From: Nemertoderma westbladi
Taxonomy: Eukaryota > Animalia > Xenacoelomorpha
Length of the DNA: 37,708 nucleotides
Reading direction: 5' to 3'
Assembly (NCBI GenBank): GCA_032718475.1
Contig: JAUCBJ010002198.1
Coordinates: 1-37,708 of the forward strand
Within the stretch, counting starts at the first letter, position 1, and each line of letters opens with the position of its first letter. The notes beneath the pieces are model-generated. The model searched no databases. It was not told where the DNA came from and saw only the letters and a program-made list of their open reading frames with translations. Below are positions 1 through 11,410 of the stretch, one piece after another. The position numbers and the translations under genes were made by a program.

Positions 1-227
1 CTCCGCCTTTCTTGTTTGGCGACTTCTTCCAGTCGCTTCTCCTCAAGTCTATCCGCTTCCAACTTCTCCCACCGCTGATATGGTGTATCCACCTCCCTGT
101 CTACTAGATGCCGGTTGTTGTAGTACACCGACTCGCCCTTCAGCCCCGGGTGGTCTACCAGACCTTTGAAGGCCACCTTGAAGGCTCTTCTGTAGTTCGG
201 GGGTGGTCCTGATATTCTTAAATTCAT
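1..227 (-). CDS. N-terminus of an extra 3' ORF (ORF3) of element A, truncated by the window edge
   Basis: Manual translation from ATG at 227 is open to position 1: MNLRISGPPPNYRRAFKVAFKGLVDHPGLKGESVYYNNRHLVDREVDTPYQRWEKLEADRLEEKRLEEVAKQERR. It resembles the start of the ORF at 22858 (RRxF...PGxKxxxVYYxxR). Confidence 0.7.
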   Translation of the reverse strand, partial: MNLRISGPPPNYRRAFKVAFKGLVDHPGLKGESVYYNNRHLVDREVDTPYQRWEKLEADRLEEKRLEEVAKQERR

Positions 228-396
228 TTTATTCTATCCATGTTCCCCCTATCTGCGCTATTATCGTACCTACCTCTCTAGCTGTTTCTTACTACGTACT
301 TACTACTAACTACTATGGTATGTTGTATCCATATGCCATATTCTCTACTCTATTGCTGCTAACTCTACTAACTCTACTAACTCTACTAATTCCAAC

Positions 397-612
397 GGTA
401 CTATGTACCCTCCTCCTACCCTCGTGGTATGTCTCTATACCACACTCCCTGTTCTTCTAAATCTAACTCTCACGGTACTATGTACCCTCTTACTCCCGTG
501 GTATGTCTCTATACCACACTCCCTGATCTCTAACTTCTAACTCTCATGGTACTATGTACCCTCTTACTCCCGTGGTATGTCTTTATACCACACTCCCTGT
601 ACTTCTAACTCT
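397..612. repeat. Three tandem ~74-77-bp units, each with two short hairpins, within CTAACT/CTACT low-complexity sequence
   Basis: Units start at 397, 474 and 548. Each has GGTAC-tat-GTACC and GTGGTAT-gtctyt-ATACCAC. Confidence 0.9.
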
Positions 613-864
613 AACTTTCCAACTTCTTACTTCTTACTAACTTCTGCTAACTTTCTAACTACTACTAACTTCTGCTAACTTTCTAACTATTACTTAGTGC
701 TACGTACTATGTACTACTATCACTTTCTGACTTTCTCCTTTCTCACTTTATTTTCTATTATTTTATTTTATTGTTTTATTTTATTTTTTTTTTATATTTT
801 GTGTGGGAAGGGCGTTTCTCCCTCAATCCCACCCCCCTCATTCCAACACTTGGACGACTAAACT

Positions 865-3288
865 CTATGGTGCCCCTTCTAGCAGGCAGCACTTTCCTAC
901 AGCCCTCCTGTAGGTCTTCCTATCCTTTGCTCCTATCTTACCCCCTATCCGCACTTCCACCGATCGGACTCTTCCGTCCTCGTCGGGGTAAGTGTCTACT
1001 ACTCTCGCTAGCCTCCACTGGTTGTTGATGATTGTGTCGTCGGTGACGATAACCAAATCACCTTTCTTTAACTCTCTAGTGGTGTTTCTCCACTTGCTTC
1101 TCCTGTGTAATGTGGGTAGATATTCCTCGACCCACCTCCTCCAATACTCTGCGCTTATCACCTTGGCGACTTTCCAACTCTGTCAGGAGTGTATGTCATC
1201 TGGGTCTACACCCCGCATGTCGATGGTCGCTGGCCTTTCCATCAGAAAGTGGCTCGGTGTTAGCACGTCTAGTGATTCGGGGTCGTCATTCTCTGGATAT
1301 AGCAGTCTGCTATTGATGATTCCCTCGCACTTAGCTAGCACCGTCCTTAGTATGTCCTCTGTCACCATGTGGGTGTTCATCAACTTCGTCATCAGATGCT
1401 TGGAACTACACACAAGTCTCTCGACGCATCCTAAAGTATGCGGCGCATACAGCGTCCTCATTTCCCACTTCACCTGTCGTCTCCTCATGGCTGCCCTGAC
1501 CTCTTCTCCTTCTAGGATGTCCAAGGCCTCTGCCAACTCGTTCTCTGCTCCCACAAAGTTGGTCCCATTGTCGGAATAGATCACTGCGATCGTTCCACCT
1601 TTGCGGTCCCTGAATCTCGCTAAGGCATTGATGAATGCCGATGCCATAGCGTCCTGGGCGAGTTCTATTCCTACCGCCCTTGTGTTGTTACATACGAAGA
1701 TGATGCAGTAGCGTTTCTCCGTGTGTAGCATCACCTTGATCTTGATCGGCCCGAACATGTCTACGCCGCAGTGCGTGAATGGCGGGTCGTGCTGTCTCAC
1801 CCTACTGGCCGGTAATGGCGCCATCTCCTGTACGGCCCGCTCCTTTCTCATCCGTCGGCAGGTCTGGCACCGCCCCACTACCGCCTTCACCTTCTTTCTT
1901 AGCTGCGCGATCCAGAAGGTCCTCCGTATCTCTGTGAGGGTCTGGTTGGTGCCTCCGTGCAATATCGACTTGTGGGAGTCCCAAACGATCTGGTGGACTA
2001 TCGGCGATCTGTTGGGGATGATAATGGGTTTTGGTGGGATGATAAGGCTGTTGTTATTCAGCACTCTGGAATTCATCACCAGAATCCCGTCATTGTTGAG
2101 TTGTGGTGACAGCGTGATGAGCTCGCTGTCCCGACGAAGATTTTGTTGCTTGCTAACTCGATCCACTTCGTCGCCGTAGTTCTTTCTCTGTTCGTTCCGT
2201 ATCATGGCCTTAGCCGCTCCCTCCGGATCGATGTTTGGTTTCCTCTTGGCGTCTTTGCCAACTCCCTTGAGGAAATCGCCGTAGGCCCTCCAGTACACCA
2301 CCAACTTCTTGGTCTTGTACCAGCTGGAGCTGTAGCTAAGTAGCCTATCTGTCGGGATGTCGCATGGCTCTTCTAATTTCGGTTGCACCTCCCTGACTTC
2401 CCTCACCATCTGACTATATATCTCTTCTCCTTCTGAGTATTCTTCCTCTCCCCCTGGTGCTACTTCCTCTGAGCCCGGGTCCACCTTCTTCATTGGTGGC
2501 CAGGCCGATCTATCGTTCAGGAAGTGTGGCCCCTGCTGCCACAACACTTCCTTCTTTAAGAAAGTGTGGCGTGCCACGCCCCTCGATAACAGGTCTGCTG
2601 GGTTCTCGTCCATTGGGCAGTAGTGCCACCTTTCCAAGTCTGTCGTCGCCCATATTTCGTCCACCCTATTCGCGACGAATATAGGGTATCTCGTCTTCTC
2701 ATTGTGCAGCCACCCGAGCCCTACCATGGAGTCCGTCCAGTAATGTTTCTCCACTATGTTGGGTATTGCGTCTGTCAAGTAGGCCGTGGCCCTTACTCCT
2801 AATCTCGCAGCTGTCAACTCGAGTTTCGGGACTGATGCTGAATCTGGCGGCGTCGACTTTGCTTTACTGAATGCGAGTCTGGGCTTATGAGCCCCCTTTC
2901 GCTGTACCAGGTAGAGTGCCGCTCCGTATGCTTCCAATGATGCATTGGAGAACATGTGTAGGTCCAGATCCATCATGTCCCCATCCGGGAAATACAATGT
3001 ACGTATGCTGTACAATGTACGCATGCTGTACGTCCCCTTCTGTTCTAAACTCCCCGTCCACTTACTCCATTGCTTGCTAATTTCTTCCAGGACCTCTGTA
3101 TCCCACTCATCCTTCAACTTATATACTTTCTTAAGTATCTGTTTCCCTGTGACTAACAGTGGGGATGCTAGGCCTAAGGGATTGTATATCCTAGCTATGT
3201 ACGATACATAGCCCCTCTTTGTGTGGATGTCTGCGCCCTCCTGGCTCAGTTGGTACCGTACTTGAACTCGTCTGTCTCCTGGTTCCAC
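865..3288 (-). pseudogene. Element A pol: Pao RNase H (peptidase A17 region), integrase and DUF5641-like C-terminus
   Basis: LHMFSNAS..AYGA, PKLELTAA, YWTDS, NPADLLSRG; integrase Zn finger H-x3-H...CQTC; catalytic VDMFGP, SDNGTNF, ERLV; LTPSHFL; WRRWVEEYLPTL...WRLARV. In-frame TGA at 1183-1185. Confidence 0.93.
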
Positions 3289-3992
3289 ACGATCCCCAGC
3301 GCCTTTTGCTGAGACTCTACTCTCTTGGCCGCCATGTCCTGTCCCTTGGCTGTTGTGGGGTTGTCCATGGTCGACTCTGGCCGTCTGTCCTCTATGGCTT
3401 TCATGAACTCCTCTGAGCTGGATTGAAACTTCGTCAAGTTATATCCGGATCCTTTCAGGATGTCGCGAACCTCGTGCCCTGTATCCAGCAATTCTTTAAC
3501 CGTGTTTCCAGACTCCATCCCGTCATCTACATAGAAGCCGCGTCGAATCATATCGATCGCTTTGGCGTTATACTTCCCCTCTTTGCCCTCTACTGTATCT
3601 CTTACAGCCACAGTCGTCGTAAATGAGGACGACTTGGCCCCCATGTTCTGCACCACCATCTTGTACATCGGTATTATCGACGGTTCCTCGTCGCCGTTGT
3701 ACCATAGGAAGCGCTGGCTGTCGCTGTCCTCCTCCGTCACACGGACTTGGTTGAACATGCCTTCGATGTTGCAGGTGAAGGCGTGTCTCCCATTTCTAAA
3801 TCTCAACAAGACCTCAATCCCCGAGTTGTAGATATTGGGGCCCTCCAGCAGATAGTCGTTTAGGCTTTTGCCATTGGTTTTAGCTGATGCGTCAACCACC
3901 ATCCCCATTGTACCTTTCTTTGGATCTAAAGCCACATGAAGTGGCAGGTAGTAGGTCCTGTCCGTGTTCGGTTCATCGACCGGCAACTCCAC
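3246..3992 (-). pseudogene. Element A reverse transcriptase
   Basis: YYLPLH, VVDASAK, SLNDYLLEGP, CNIEGMFNQV (first catalytic D changed to N), QRFLW, FYVDD. Frameshift near 3270. Confidence 0.93.
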
Positions 3993-4080
3993 CCAGAGCC
4001 CATCTTTTCTCGACGTACTTCTTTATCATCTTATGGATGTACTCATCCTTCTCGGGGCTCCGTTTCAGGGTTTGCTTCAG

Positions 4081-5163
4081 TTAGCAAAGCCACGTGAGTA
4101 CCATCCTCTTGTTGTCAGGCAACGGTAACTTCGGCTGTTTCCACACCATGCCTATGGTGTACCGTCCCTCGTCGCATCTCATCGAATCCTTCACACTCTG
4201 TACTGCCTGTTTATCCTCTACCGAGGTTCCGACCCCGGTCTCCTTCAGTCCTTCAAAATCCTGCCTCAATAGTCTCTTCAGCTGTTCCTCTGCACCTTCA
4301 TCTTCCATCTCCCTCATAGTTCCTGCGAACATGCACCCCGATGTCTCCGACATCCTAAATGGAATTTTGGTTTTGATTGGGCCGCTCAGCGTCCATCCGA
4401 ATGGCATGAGGATTGCCATCGGATCACGCCGTCTGTCTTCCCCGAAGATCATCTGTACTCTTTCGTGGGCCGTCGGGCAGTCCATTCCCACTATGATGGA
4501 TACCTTCCTGACGTCCACCTCCGGTATCGAGAAATCGATGTCGTCCAGGAATCTGTATTGCTCGACCTCGATGTTGGTTGGTCGCCTGGCATTTATGTTG
4601 ATCGATTCTATCACCTGGATGGGGTCGATGGTCGCCCCATAATCGCATCCTGGTGCTATCGCTGATATCTCCCACCATCCCGTCCTCATCTCCAGGACCT
4701 CATCTTTGCTGGACATGGTTGTTACCGCCATCCTACTTGGCCTCGTCTTTAACCCTATCTCTTCGGCCACCCAATTCTCCACCAATGTGAAGGCTGCTCC
4801 GCTGTCAACCAGCATCAGCGTAATAACTGATCGACCACCTTCTCCTATCATCCTCACTGGCACTACCCCGAGTAGTACCGTTCCCCTTTTCTTCGCCCCT
4901 ATGGTGCTTGTCACCATTGTTTGACCTCTGCCTTGACCGAATCTTACTGGTGTCTCCTTACACTCTTCAACCTTGTGTCCTCCTATCACACATCTGTGAC
5001 ATATTCCATTCTTATCTGCATAGGCTTTCCGATCTTGTTCGGGTAGCGCCTGCCAATGCTTACAGTCCATGGTCTTATGGGTTCTGTCTTTATGCAATTG
5101 AAATTTGTATTCTGGGTTGTAACGTTCCCTATATAGCCCTACACATATTGCGCATAGGTTCAC
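4081..5163 (-). pseudogene. Element A Gag zinc knuckles and aspartic protease
   Basis: CAIC...H..C and CHRCVIGGHKVEEC knuckles; protease LVDSGAAFTL; IIVGMD; PFGWTLSGP. Confidence 0.9.
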
Positions 5164-6016
5164 GTCTACCGGTTTGGTGTCTACCAGCTATCTGTGGACT
5201 TGCAGTCCCCTGTGTCGCCGCATATGGTAGGGATTGTCTTAATTTTGGCAACGCATTTGCCGCCTTATGCTCTGGTTTCGGCCTGTTGTATTTGACCCTC
5301 GGCGGCTTCCCCAGACTATCCTCGCTGTAGACTGGGTCTGTGATTAACTCTGCTTCGTAGTTGAGGAAGTTCGACATTTCCTCTAGGCCCAGTTCCGCAC
5401 CTTTCTTCTCCCGGGTGGAGAAGGCGATCTTTCTCCATTTATTGCGCAGCCAGATCGGCAGTGCCTGCGCTATCGTTGTGATATTATTAGATGCGTTGAG
5501 TTCGTATGGCGTGTCCAGTGTTTTCAGCACGATTAACGCCTTCTCAACCTTGTTCGCGAAGTTCTTTATGCTAACAGGGTTATCCTGTAGGCCACCCGAT
5601 GTTATCCCCCTCAAGGTCTGCCGGATGATCTTGGCTGGGTGTCTGTATTCCCTGTCTAGGGCCCGCCATGCAATCGTGAAGCCACCCTCGATGCCCTGAT
5701 ACTGCCTCACAATGTCGTACGCTGGGCCTCCTGTATATACCTGTAGATATTTTAGGCACTCCGCCTGCGTCAGGTTCTTAGTTAATATCTTGTTGCTGTA
5801 CATGCGCCGGAATTGCAGGTATTCTTCTGGCCTGCTTCCGTCGAATTTAAATGGCTCTACAGGTGGTAGCTCGATTCTAGTCTTGAGCGCATCGAGAAGT
5901 GTCGCCATTCCCATTGCCTGTGCTTCCAATGGGTTCGAGGGATGCTGTACAGATTCTCCTGTTGGGTGCGGTCCACCCGTCGGGCCTGTTGACTTTCTTT
6001 GCGTCGGATATACCAT
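5129..6016 (-). pseudogene. Element A Gag core (DUF1759-like)
   Basis: LPPVEPFKFDGSRPEEYLQF...KYLQVYTGGPA...AWRALDREY...ALPIWLRNKW, typical of BEL Gag. Confidence 0.88.
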
Positions 6017-8837
6017 TGGGGGTAACGACCCCCTCCATATCTCCGTGTCGCAAGATCTGTTCTTGTCCAGGGGGTTCGATGTTCTTATTCCTGGTTGAGT
6101 TTATTGCTGACATTGTAATGGGGGAATGTCACCCTGCCCCCCCCCCCCCCACCCCACCGGTGTTATGTTTGGTACTGGGGTTGATGTTAATATATTGGGG
6201 CCCATACACCTATCCGCAATAACTCTCCCCTCCCCTGGATATATGTTATGTCCCGGCATGTGTCCTTCCGGACCGAAGTTTAACCTTCTCGAATAATCTA
6301 AGAAGTCCTCCCCGCAACTACCGTACTCTCTATCGGCAGCTATATCACGTCGGGAAGTTTCTCTCCGATCCCCCCTCCTGTTCTCGTCCTCGTACCGGTA
6401 CATTCTGTACCCCTCTCCCGGCGTATGATATATCTCGCCAGGCTGCGTCTCTCCGGGGCGACGGCAAACTCCCGGAGCCTACTACCGACGGCTTGCTATC
6501 CGTCCTCGCTCTCCGGTCGCTCATAGCGACGCTTCTTCTATTCTCTTCTCTCCTTCTCTCTTCAGTGTAGCGTCCCTGCTCATGAGATCTCTCGTCGACC
6601 TCCTGGTTAAACTCCACTGTTCTTCTTCCGTCTTCTGACTGGGCTCGACGTCTCGTCGCTCGCCCGCTCACGACGCCAACCTCCCTCTCTCTAGCCGGTT
6701 GGATGCTGCTGGGGATATTCGTAATCCCCCTACTATTCTCCGTCGCCGGGTGCTGCAGTTCACCTAACTCGCCCCGCGCATTATCCGCCGATGTCTGTGG
6801 GACATTCTCTGCCCCCCCCTTCTCGCCACTAATCTGCCGTGGTGGGGCGCCTGTAGCCCCCCCCCCCCCCCCACTCACCACCTAACACTTGACTATCTCT
6901 TGCTTCGCTTCTACGCCCCTCTCTAGTCGACACACTATCTCTACTGCGGCTGGTTCTATTCACCCCCGCATCTCCCTCTACCACTGCGTGGCCTTGCAGG
7001 CTCCCGTCGGGTTGACTCACCCCCGCTACTCCCTGTGTAGTAACTACGTGGCCTTGCAGGCTCTAGCTGGTTGGACCACCTACGTCTGCTGCGTTCACAT
7101 TAATAGCACCATTATCAACAACATCAATGCCTAAATTATTTAAATTATTTGAATTATGTTCTGAATTCGGATTATTATTTAAATTATTTTGTATATTTAG
7201 ATTGGAATCGGGAATATTTTGCTCGTTTGAATTAAAATTATTATTTAGATTATTCTGCATATTTAAATTTAAATTATTTGAATTACTCTGTATATTTGAA
7301 TTTAGATTGTTATTTGAATTATTTTCTATATCTGGATTAAAATTATTATTTTCGGGCAAAATATTATTTCCTGCAATGAAAGTTTGATTAGGGTTGTCTA
7401 CTACGGTACTATTAATATTAATGCCTTCTAACGTATTATTATTACTACCCCCCTCCCCCCCCCCCCCCCCACCCATACGATTACACCAGTCTTGGGTCTG
7501 TCGTCCGGTCCCTATAAGTGGGGTATTAACAAACGTTTCCATTACTTCTGGCTCCTTGTAAATACTACCCGAGCCAGCCTCACTCTCTGATAGCCCCAAC
7601 TGCACCAGTTCTAATCGGCGTTTTTGTTTGGCCTGATATTGCATAAGCCCCCTTAACCGGGCGTGCATATCATCCCGCATACATTTCCCAGCTCTCTCTC
7701 TCTCTCTCCATCCTCTCGCAGACTTTGGTCGGCCAACTCTGCCTCCCTTGCCTCCTGCTCTCTACGCTCACTCTCTACTTTTGCCTCTCGCTCTCTACGC
7801 TCATTCTCTACTTTTGTCTCTCGCTCTCTACGCTCGTTCTCTACTTTTGTCTCTCGCTCTCTACGCTCATTATCCACTCTCGCCTCCCGTTCCTCATGCT
7901 CTCTAAAGTTTCTCGCGACCCTCTCAGCCCTCTCTTTATTCTCTCTCGCCAACTCTCTCTCTTTCTCTAACAACGCAGTTCCCTCATCCAACTGCCTCTC
8001 TAATTCTTTCTGGTCTAGCGCCACCATGTCTAGTTGACACACCAGATCTATCTCTAACACCCTTCTTGCTTTCGCGGAGGATGTAGTGGACTTATCGCTC
8101 GCGACGGACTCCCATCGCCTCTCTGTCCTACTAACTTTCCCCCGCTTTCTGGGGTTCTCGCTAACCGACGAGACCGAATCCTCGGGGTTAACCTCGGGTT
8201 CGCCCTCGTGCGGATCTGCCCAACCCACTAACTTAACTCCCCTGGCATCCACTAAATACGGCCCTACGTACACTATTTCAGGCTCCCTAACCCCGAATTG
8301 CCACAGTTAGAATAGTTCGGTGGCGACCCCCCTCACTCTCTCATTCGCCAGTTCTCTCTGCCCAAAACGAACTAGATACCAAAAATGTTTATTCGACTCA
8401 TCTAGCCGCTGGCTCAACTTTCCCTGGTTTACCTTCTCTCCCTCTTTGGCCTCCTTTAACAATTTCTTAGTGGCGTTGTAGGCCCGTCGAAGCCGATCGC
8501 TGGTCCCGACGTCCTCTTCGCCGACATCTCCTCCTCTCCTGGTTCGGCGTCGTACCGGCGGCCCCACCATCGCCGTTCCGGTGGGCCGTCCGTCGCCCTC
8601 GGCCTGTGGCTGGCCGGCGACTTCGGTACTCCGACCGCCGTCGTGTGTCGACTCGTCCCTTCCTTGAGGTAAACGGCCGCCCTCCGCTTGGGCTACCGGA
8701 TCGTCCCTCGTCGGCGAATCCGGCGTCGCTGGCCGATACCGTCTCATCGTGGCCTCGCGGATCGTTTGGTTGGTGTCATCCGGGGTCCGCGGCGGCATTC
8801 TCTCTCCCTCTAATAATCGGGGTTCTCCTGTGCTCAT
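6017..8837 (-). pseudogene. Element A long low-complexity Gag N-terminus (coiled-coil and Asn-rich), broken into pieces
   Basis: ORF pieces 8307-8837, 7653-8273 (11-aa ENERRERETKV repeats), 7063-7680 (Asn-rich), 6345-6881 and 6101-6403. Several breaks lie near poly-C tracts. Confidence 0.7.
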
Positions 8838-8936
8838 CTTTGATAGCGTCTGGCAGTCACAGTTCAGTTCATGTGGAATTCATTGTGATGGGATCAAGGG
8901 ATCCCGACCGGATAAATCAGCTACGCGTCACCGTTT

Positions 8937-9614
8937 TGTCTTAGGGGTGGTGCTGGCAGCTTGGCCGAGGCTGATGTGGGAAAAACAATGGGAGTTCGAT
9001 GTTGTCTCTTGATGTTGTCTAATAATAATAGGCCTAATAATAATAGCACAGTAGAGTAGTGAATAATCAAACTGGTATGCTAGTAGAATATTGGTGATGG
9101 TGAAGGATGTCACCAGTCTGCACTAAAACCAATAACTGGGTAACTGAATAACTGAATAATCAGACCGGTAACGGCATAATATACAGTATGTATAATACTT
9201 CTATATTACTGTGGCCTCTTTCCCAGTGGATGCCCTCCTTCGCCCCTATTGGCTAATAACCTAGTTCACGCCTTTCTCTCTCTGGGAGTGTTCCCCCCCC
9301 CCCCCCCCTCCTGTTACTGGCCCCTGCTGGTTGTTTCCCCTTCCGAGGTGGTTTGACCTCTAACCCTCCCTTTGTGTGTGGCTTTGGGGTTGTACTGTCC
9401 CTGATATTGGTTGTGATACGAGATTAGTTACTGCTAATCTCGTATCTCCAATATATTGCTGAAAATGCCACTGTCCCAACTTTGTGAGGGTAATGCGGCG
9501 GAATTGAATCTGCTTACAAAAACACAATGTTTGTGTAATTATTAATAGAATAAATATTAGTTTATTTTCATTTATTAGTTTAATTAATAATTAATTAGAC
9601 ACATAATCACGACA
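8937..9614 (-). repeat. Putative 5' LTR of element A
   Basis: Minus strand begins TGTCGTG at 9614 and ends AAGACA at 8937 (TGTC...GACA), 100 bp upstream of the gag ATG. It is followed by AAA-CGGTGACGCGTAGCTGAT, a weak PBS-like sequence. The partner LTR is outside the window, so the boundaries are inferred. Confidence 0.55.
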
Positions 9615-9879
9615 TAATGATGTTCCCATTTTAGGTCAAGCCAAATCCCAGAATATAGACCGGTATGGGGCAACAAAACTGAGAGCTGAGAGTTGACTGT
9701 TTCATGCACATTGACGGCATTTAGTAAAGTGCGTTAGGAAGACTGTGTTTATAGTGAAACAAAGCATGTTATATACGATTCAGATCTTTGGCTTTGGTAG
9801 ACCGAGGGCGGTTAGGGAACAAACATTATAATGTGATACTACTGTAGAACATGTATGATAATCTGATTTTATGATATAA

Positions 9880-10091
9880 ACCCAGCTTACAGGTGTTGTA
9901 AAAATCTGCTTCAAAAGCTACTAAGAACAGTACTAAGAATAAACTGGCTCCAAATCCATGAAAGGGTTCACCAAAGGTATCGTGACCAGCATGCAGGCAT
10001 GTACTGATGTACAAGATATATCATGGAACTTCACCTGGCTATCTAACAGACATCATTAAATATTGTGAAACTCGTACCTCTTTAGGACACT
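9880..10091 (+). mobile_element. Decayed LINE (CR1/L2-like) ORF2 C-terminal fragment, left half
   Basis: Plus-strand pieces LQVL*KSASK, RINWLQIHERVHQR and VLMYKIYHGTSPGYLTDII match the LQxxQNxAAR, LxWLPxxxR and MYKxxHGxAPxYL motifs of CR1/L2-group ORF2 tails. Confidence 0.65.
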
Positions 10092-11401
10092 TGTTAAACA
10101 GGGGCGATCAGGAGCGCGCTATTACTACTGCACTGCTGCTAAACACAAAACTGCTTCTCACCGCTGGATGGCGCTAACCTGCCGTCCGCTAATAATTTTA
10201 CTAATTTTGTACGGCTCCTGCAAATTGCTTGTTCCTTTCTCTACCGATCACTCAATAGAGAGCTATCTGTTCGAATCTATGAGCCACGCGGGAATAACCA
10301 AAACAATAAACCCGAGACGGCTCCCTAGGCTACTTAAAACGAGTGTTAGAGGCTTACACTCAGAGTGTTCACTTATCGCCTAATCGCAAATACTGGGGTT
10401 CCCTAACGGAATGTATGAATGTGAGAATGTTTAAATAACTCAAAGTGTGACAGAATGTCCTATCGGGACTGGTACTGTGGGTCTAAACTTGCCTTCGGCT
10501 GGCTTTAGGCCAGCAACTTACTACTGCGTACTGAATACTGCTATCTAGCTTATTGCCCGCTATTTTCAAATAACCGCCCAGCGTGAATAGTTTACAGTAC
10601 TCCAAATAATTACTTTAACTACTCTCCGCTATGCTGCGTACAAATTCTTAATTTTACTAAATAATTACAGTCACAAATATGAAACAGCGTACTAATTACT
10701 AAGTGTTCCAGGAGCAATTCTAATTTATTACGCACCGGGTTACACTAGTACTGTAACAGCCTAATTACCGTATTATTTTGACCTAATCAGTAATTATTTA
10801 TTGTAAACTAAGAAATAGAAATCAATCAAGGGAAAAGGGCGCCTATCTAAGCATTCATAATTTAAGAATCAGGCACACTTTAGCAATAGACAAATCAGCG
10901 TAACAATCAATAGCCAATACTCTACAATAATCCTCTGATTGGTTCCCCAATCCGCGCTACCATTAGACCAACCTGGAAGCAGCTAGGCCAATAAGGAAGC
11001 CGGATTGTGAACCTATTCCCCTCCAGAATCACAAATTACCACCATATATGGAAACATTGGCGTTACTTAATTTAGCGGTACTAAAAGCACAGTACATACC
11101 ATCTAATTTAGCGCAAATATAATGGAAATTAAAGCAAATATACAGTTAGTCCTATTGATGCCAATAACAGCAAGATTACATCAAGGGTTTTATAGGAAAC
11201 TTGCTACTGTAGAACTATTTATTTATATTTCATTACAAAATTACATAGGTAGGGCTACATACTGTACAAAATGGATAAGATTCACGAATATGGGCATTTT
11301 ATTCTGCTTATCTAAATATGGTTGCGCGTCATTATAGCTTATCTAAATAATTATACTATATAACGGGCTAATAATGGTACACAGCGCCATATATCGTAAC
11401 A
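10092..11401 (-). repeat. 3' LTR of element B (~1.3 kb)
   Basis: Starts TGTTACGATATATGG at 11401 and ends TGTTTAACA at 10092. 10326-10921 matches 34028-34621 and 11247-11401 matches 35152-35306, about 97% by eye. Confidence 0.85.
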
Positions 11402-11410
11402 CCGCTCCAA
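11402..11410 (-). other. Short degenerate polypurine tract
   Basis: Minus-strand TTGGAGCGG directly abuts the LTR start TGTT. Confidence 0.4.

Larger units (their letters stand above)
1..9614 (-). mobile_element. BEL/Pao LTR retrotransposon, element A (decayed; 3' end outside the window)
   Basis: Minus-strand order is Gag N-term, DUF1759-like Gag core, Zn knuckles, aspartic protease, RT, Pao RNase H, integrase, DUF5641-like C-term. This is the BEL/Pao order. Several stops and frameshifts. Confidence 0.95.

Noticed and set aside
397-612. CRISPR-like hairpin repeats
   Set aside because: The whole unit is repeated, so there are no unique spacers.
2993-3031. 18-bp tandem duplication in RNase H (YSMRTL/YSIRTL)
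   Set aside because: A local in-frame slippage event in a dead copy.
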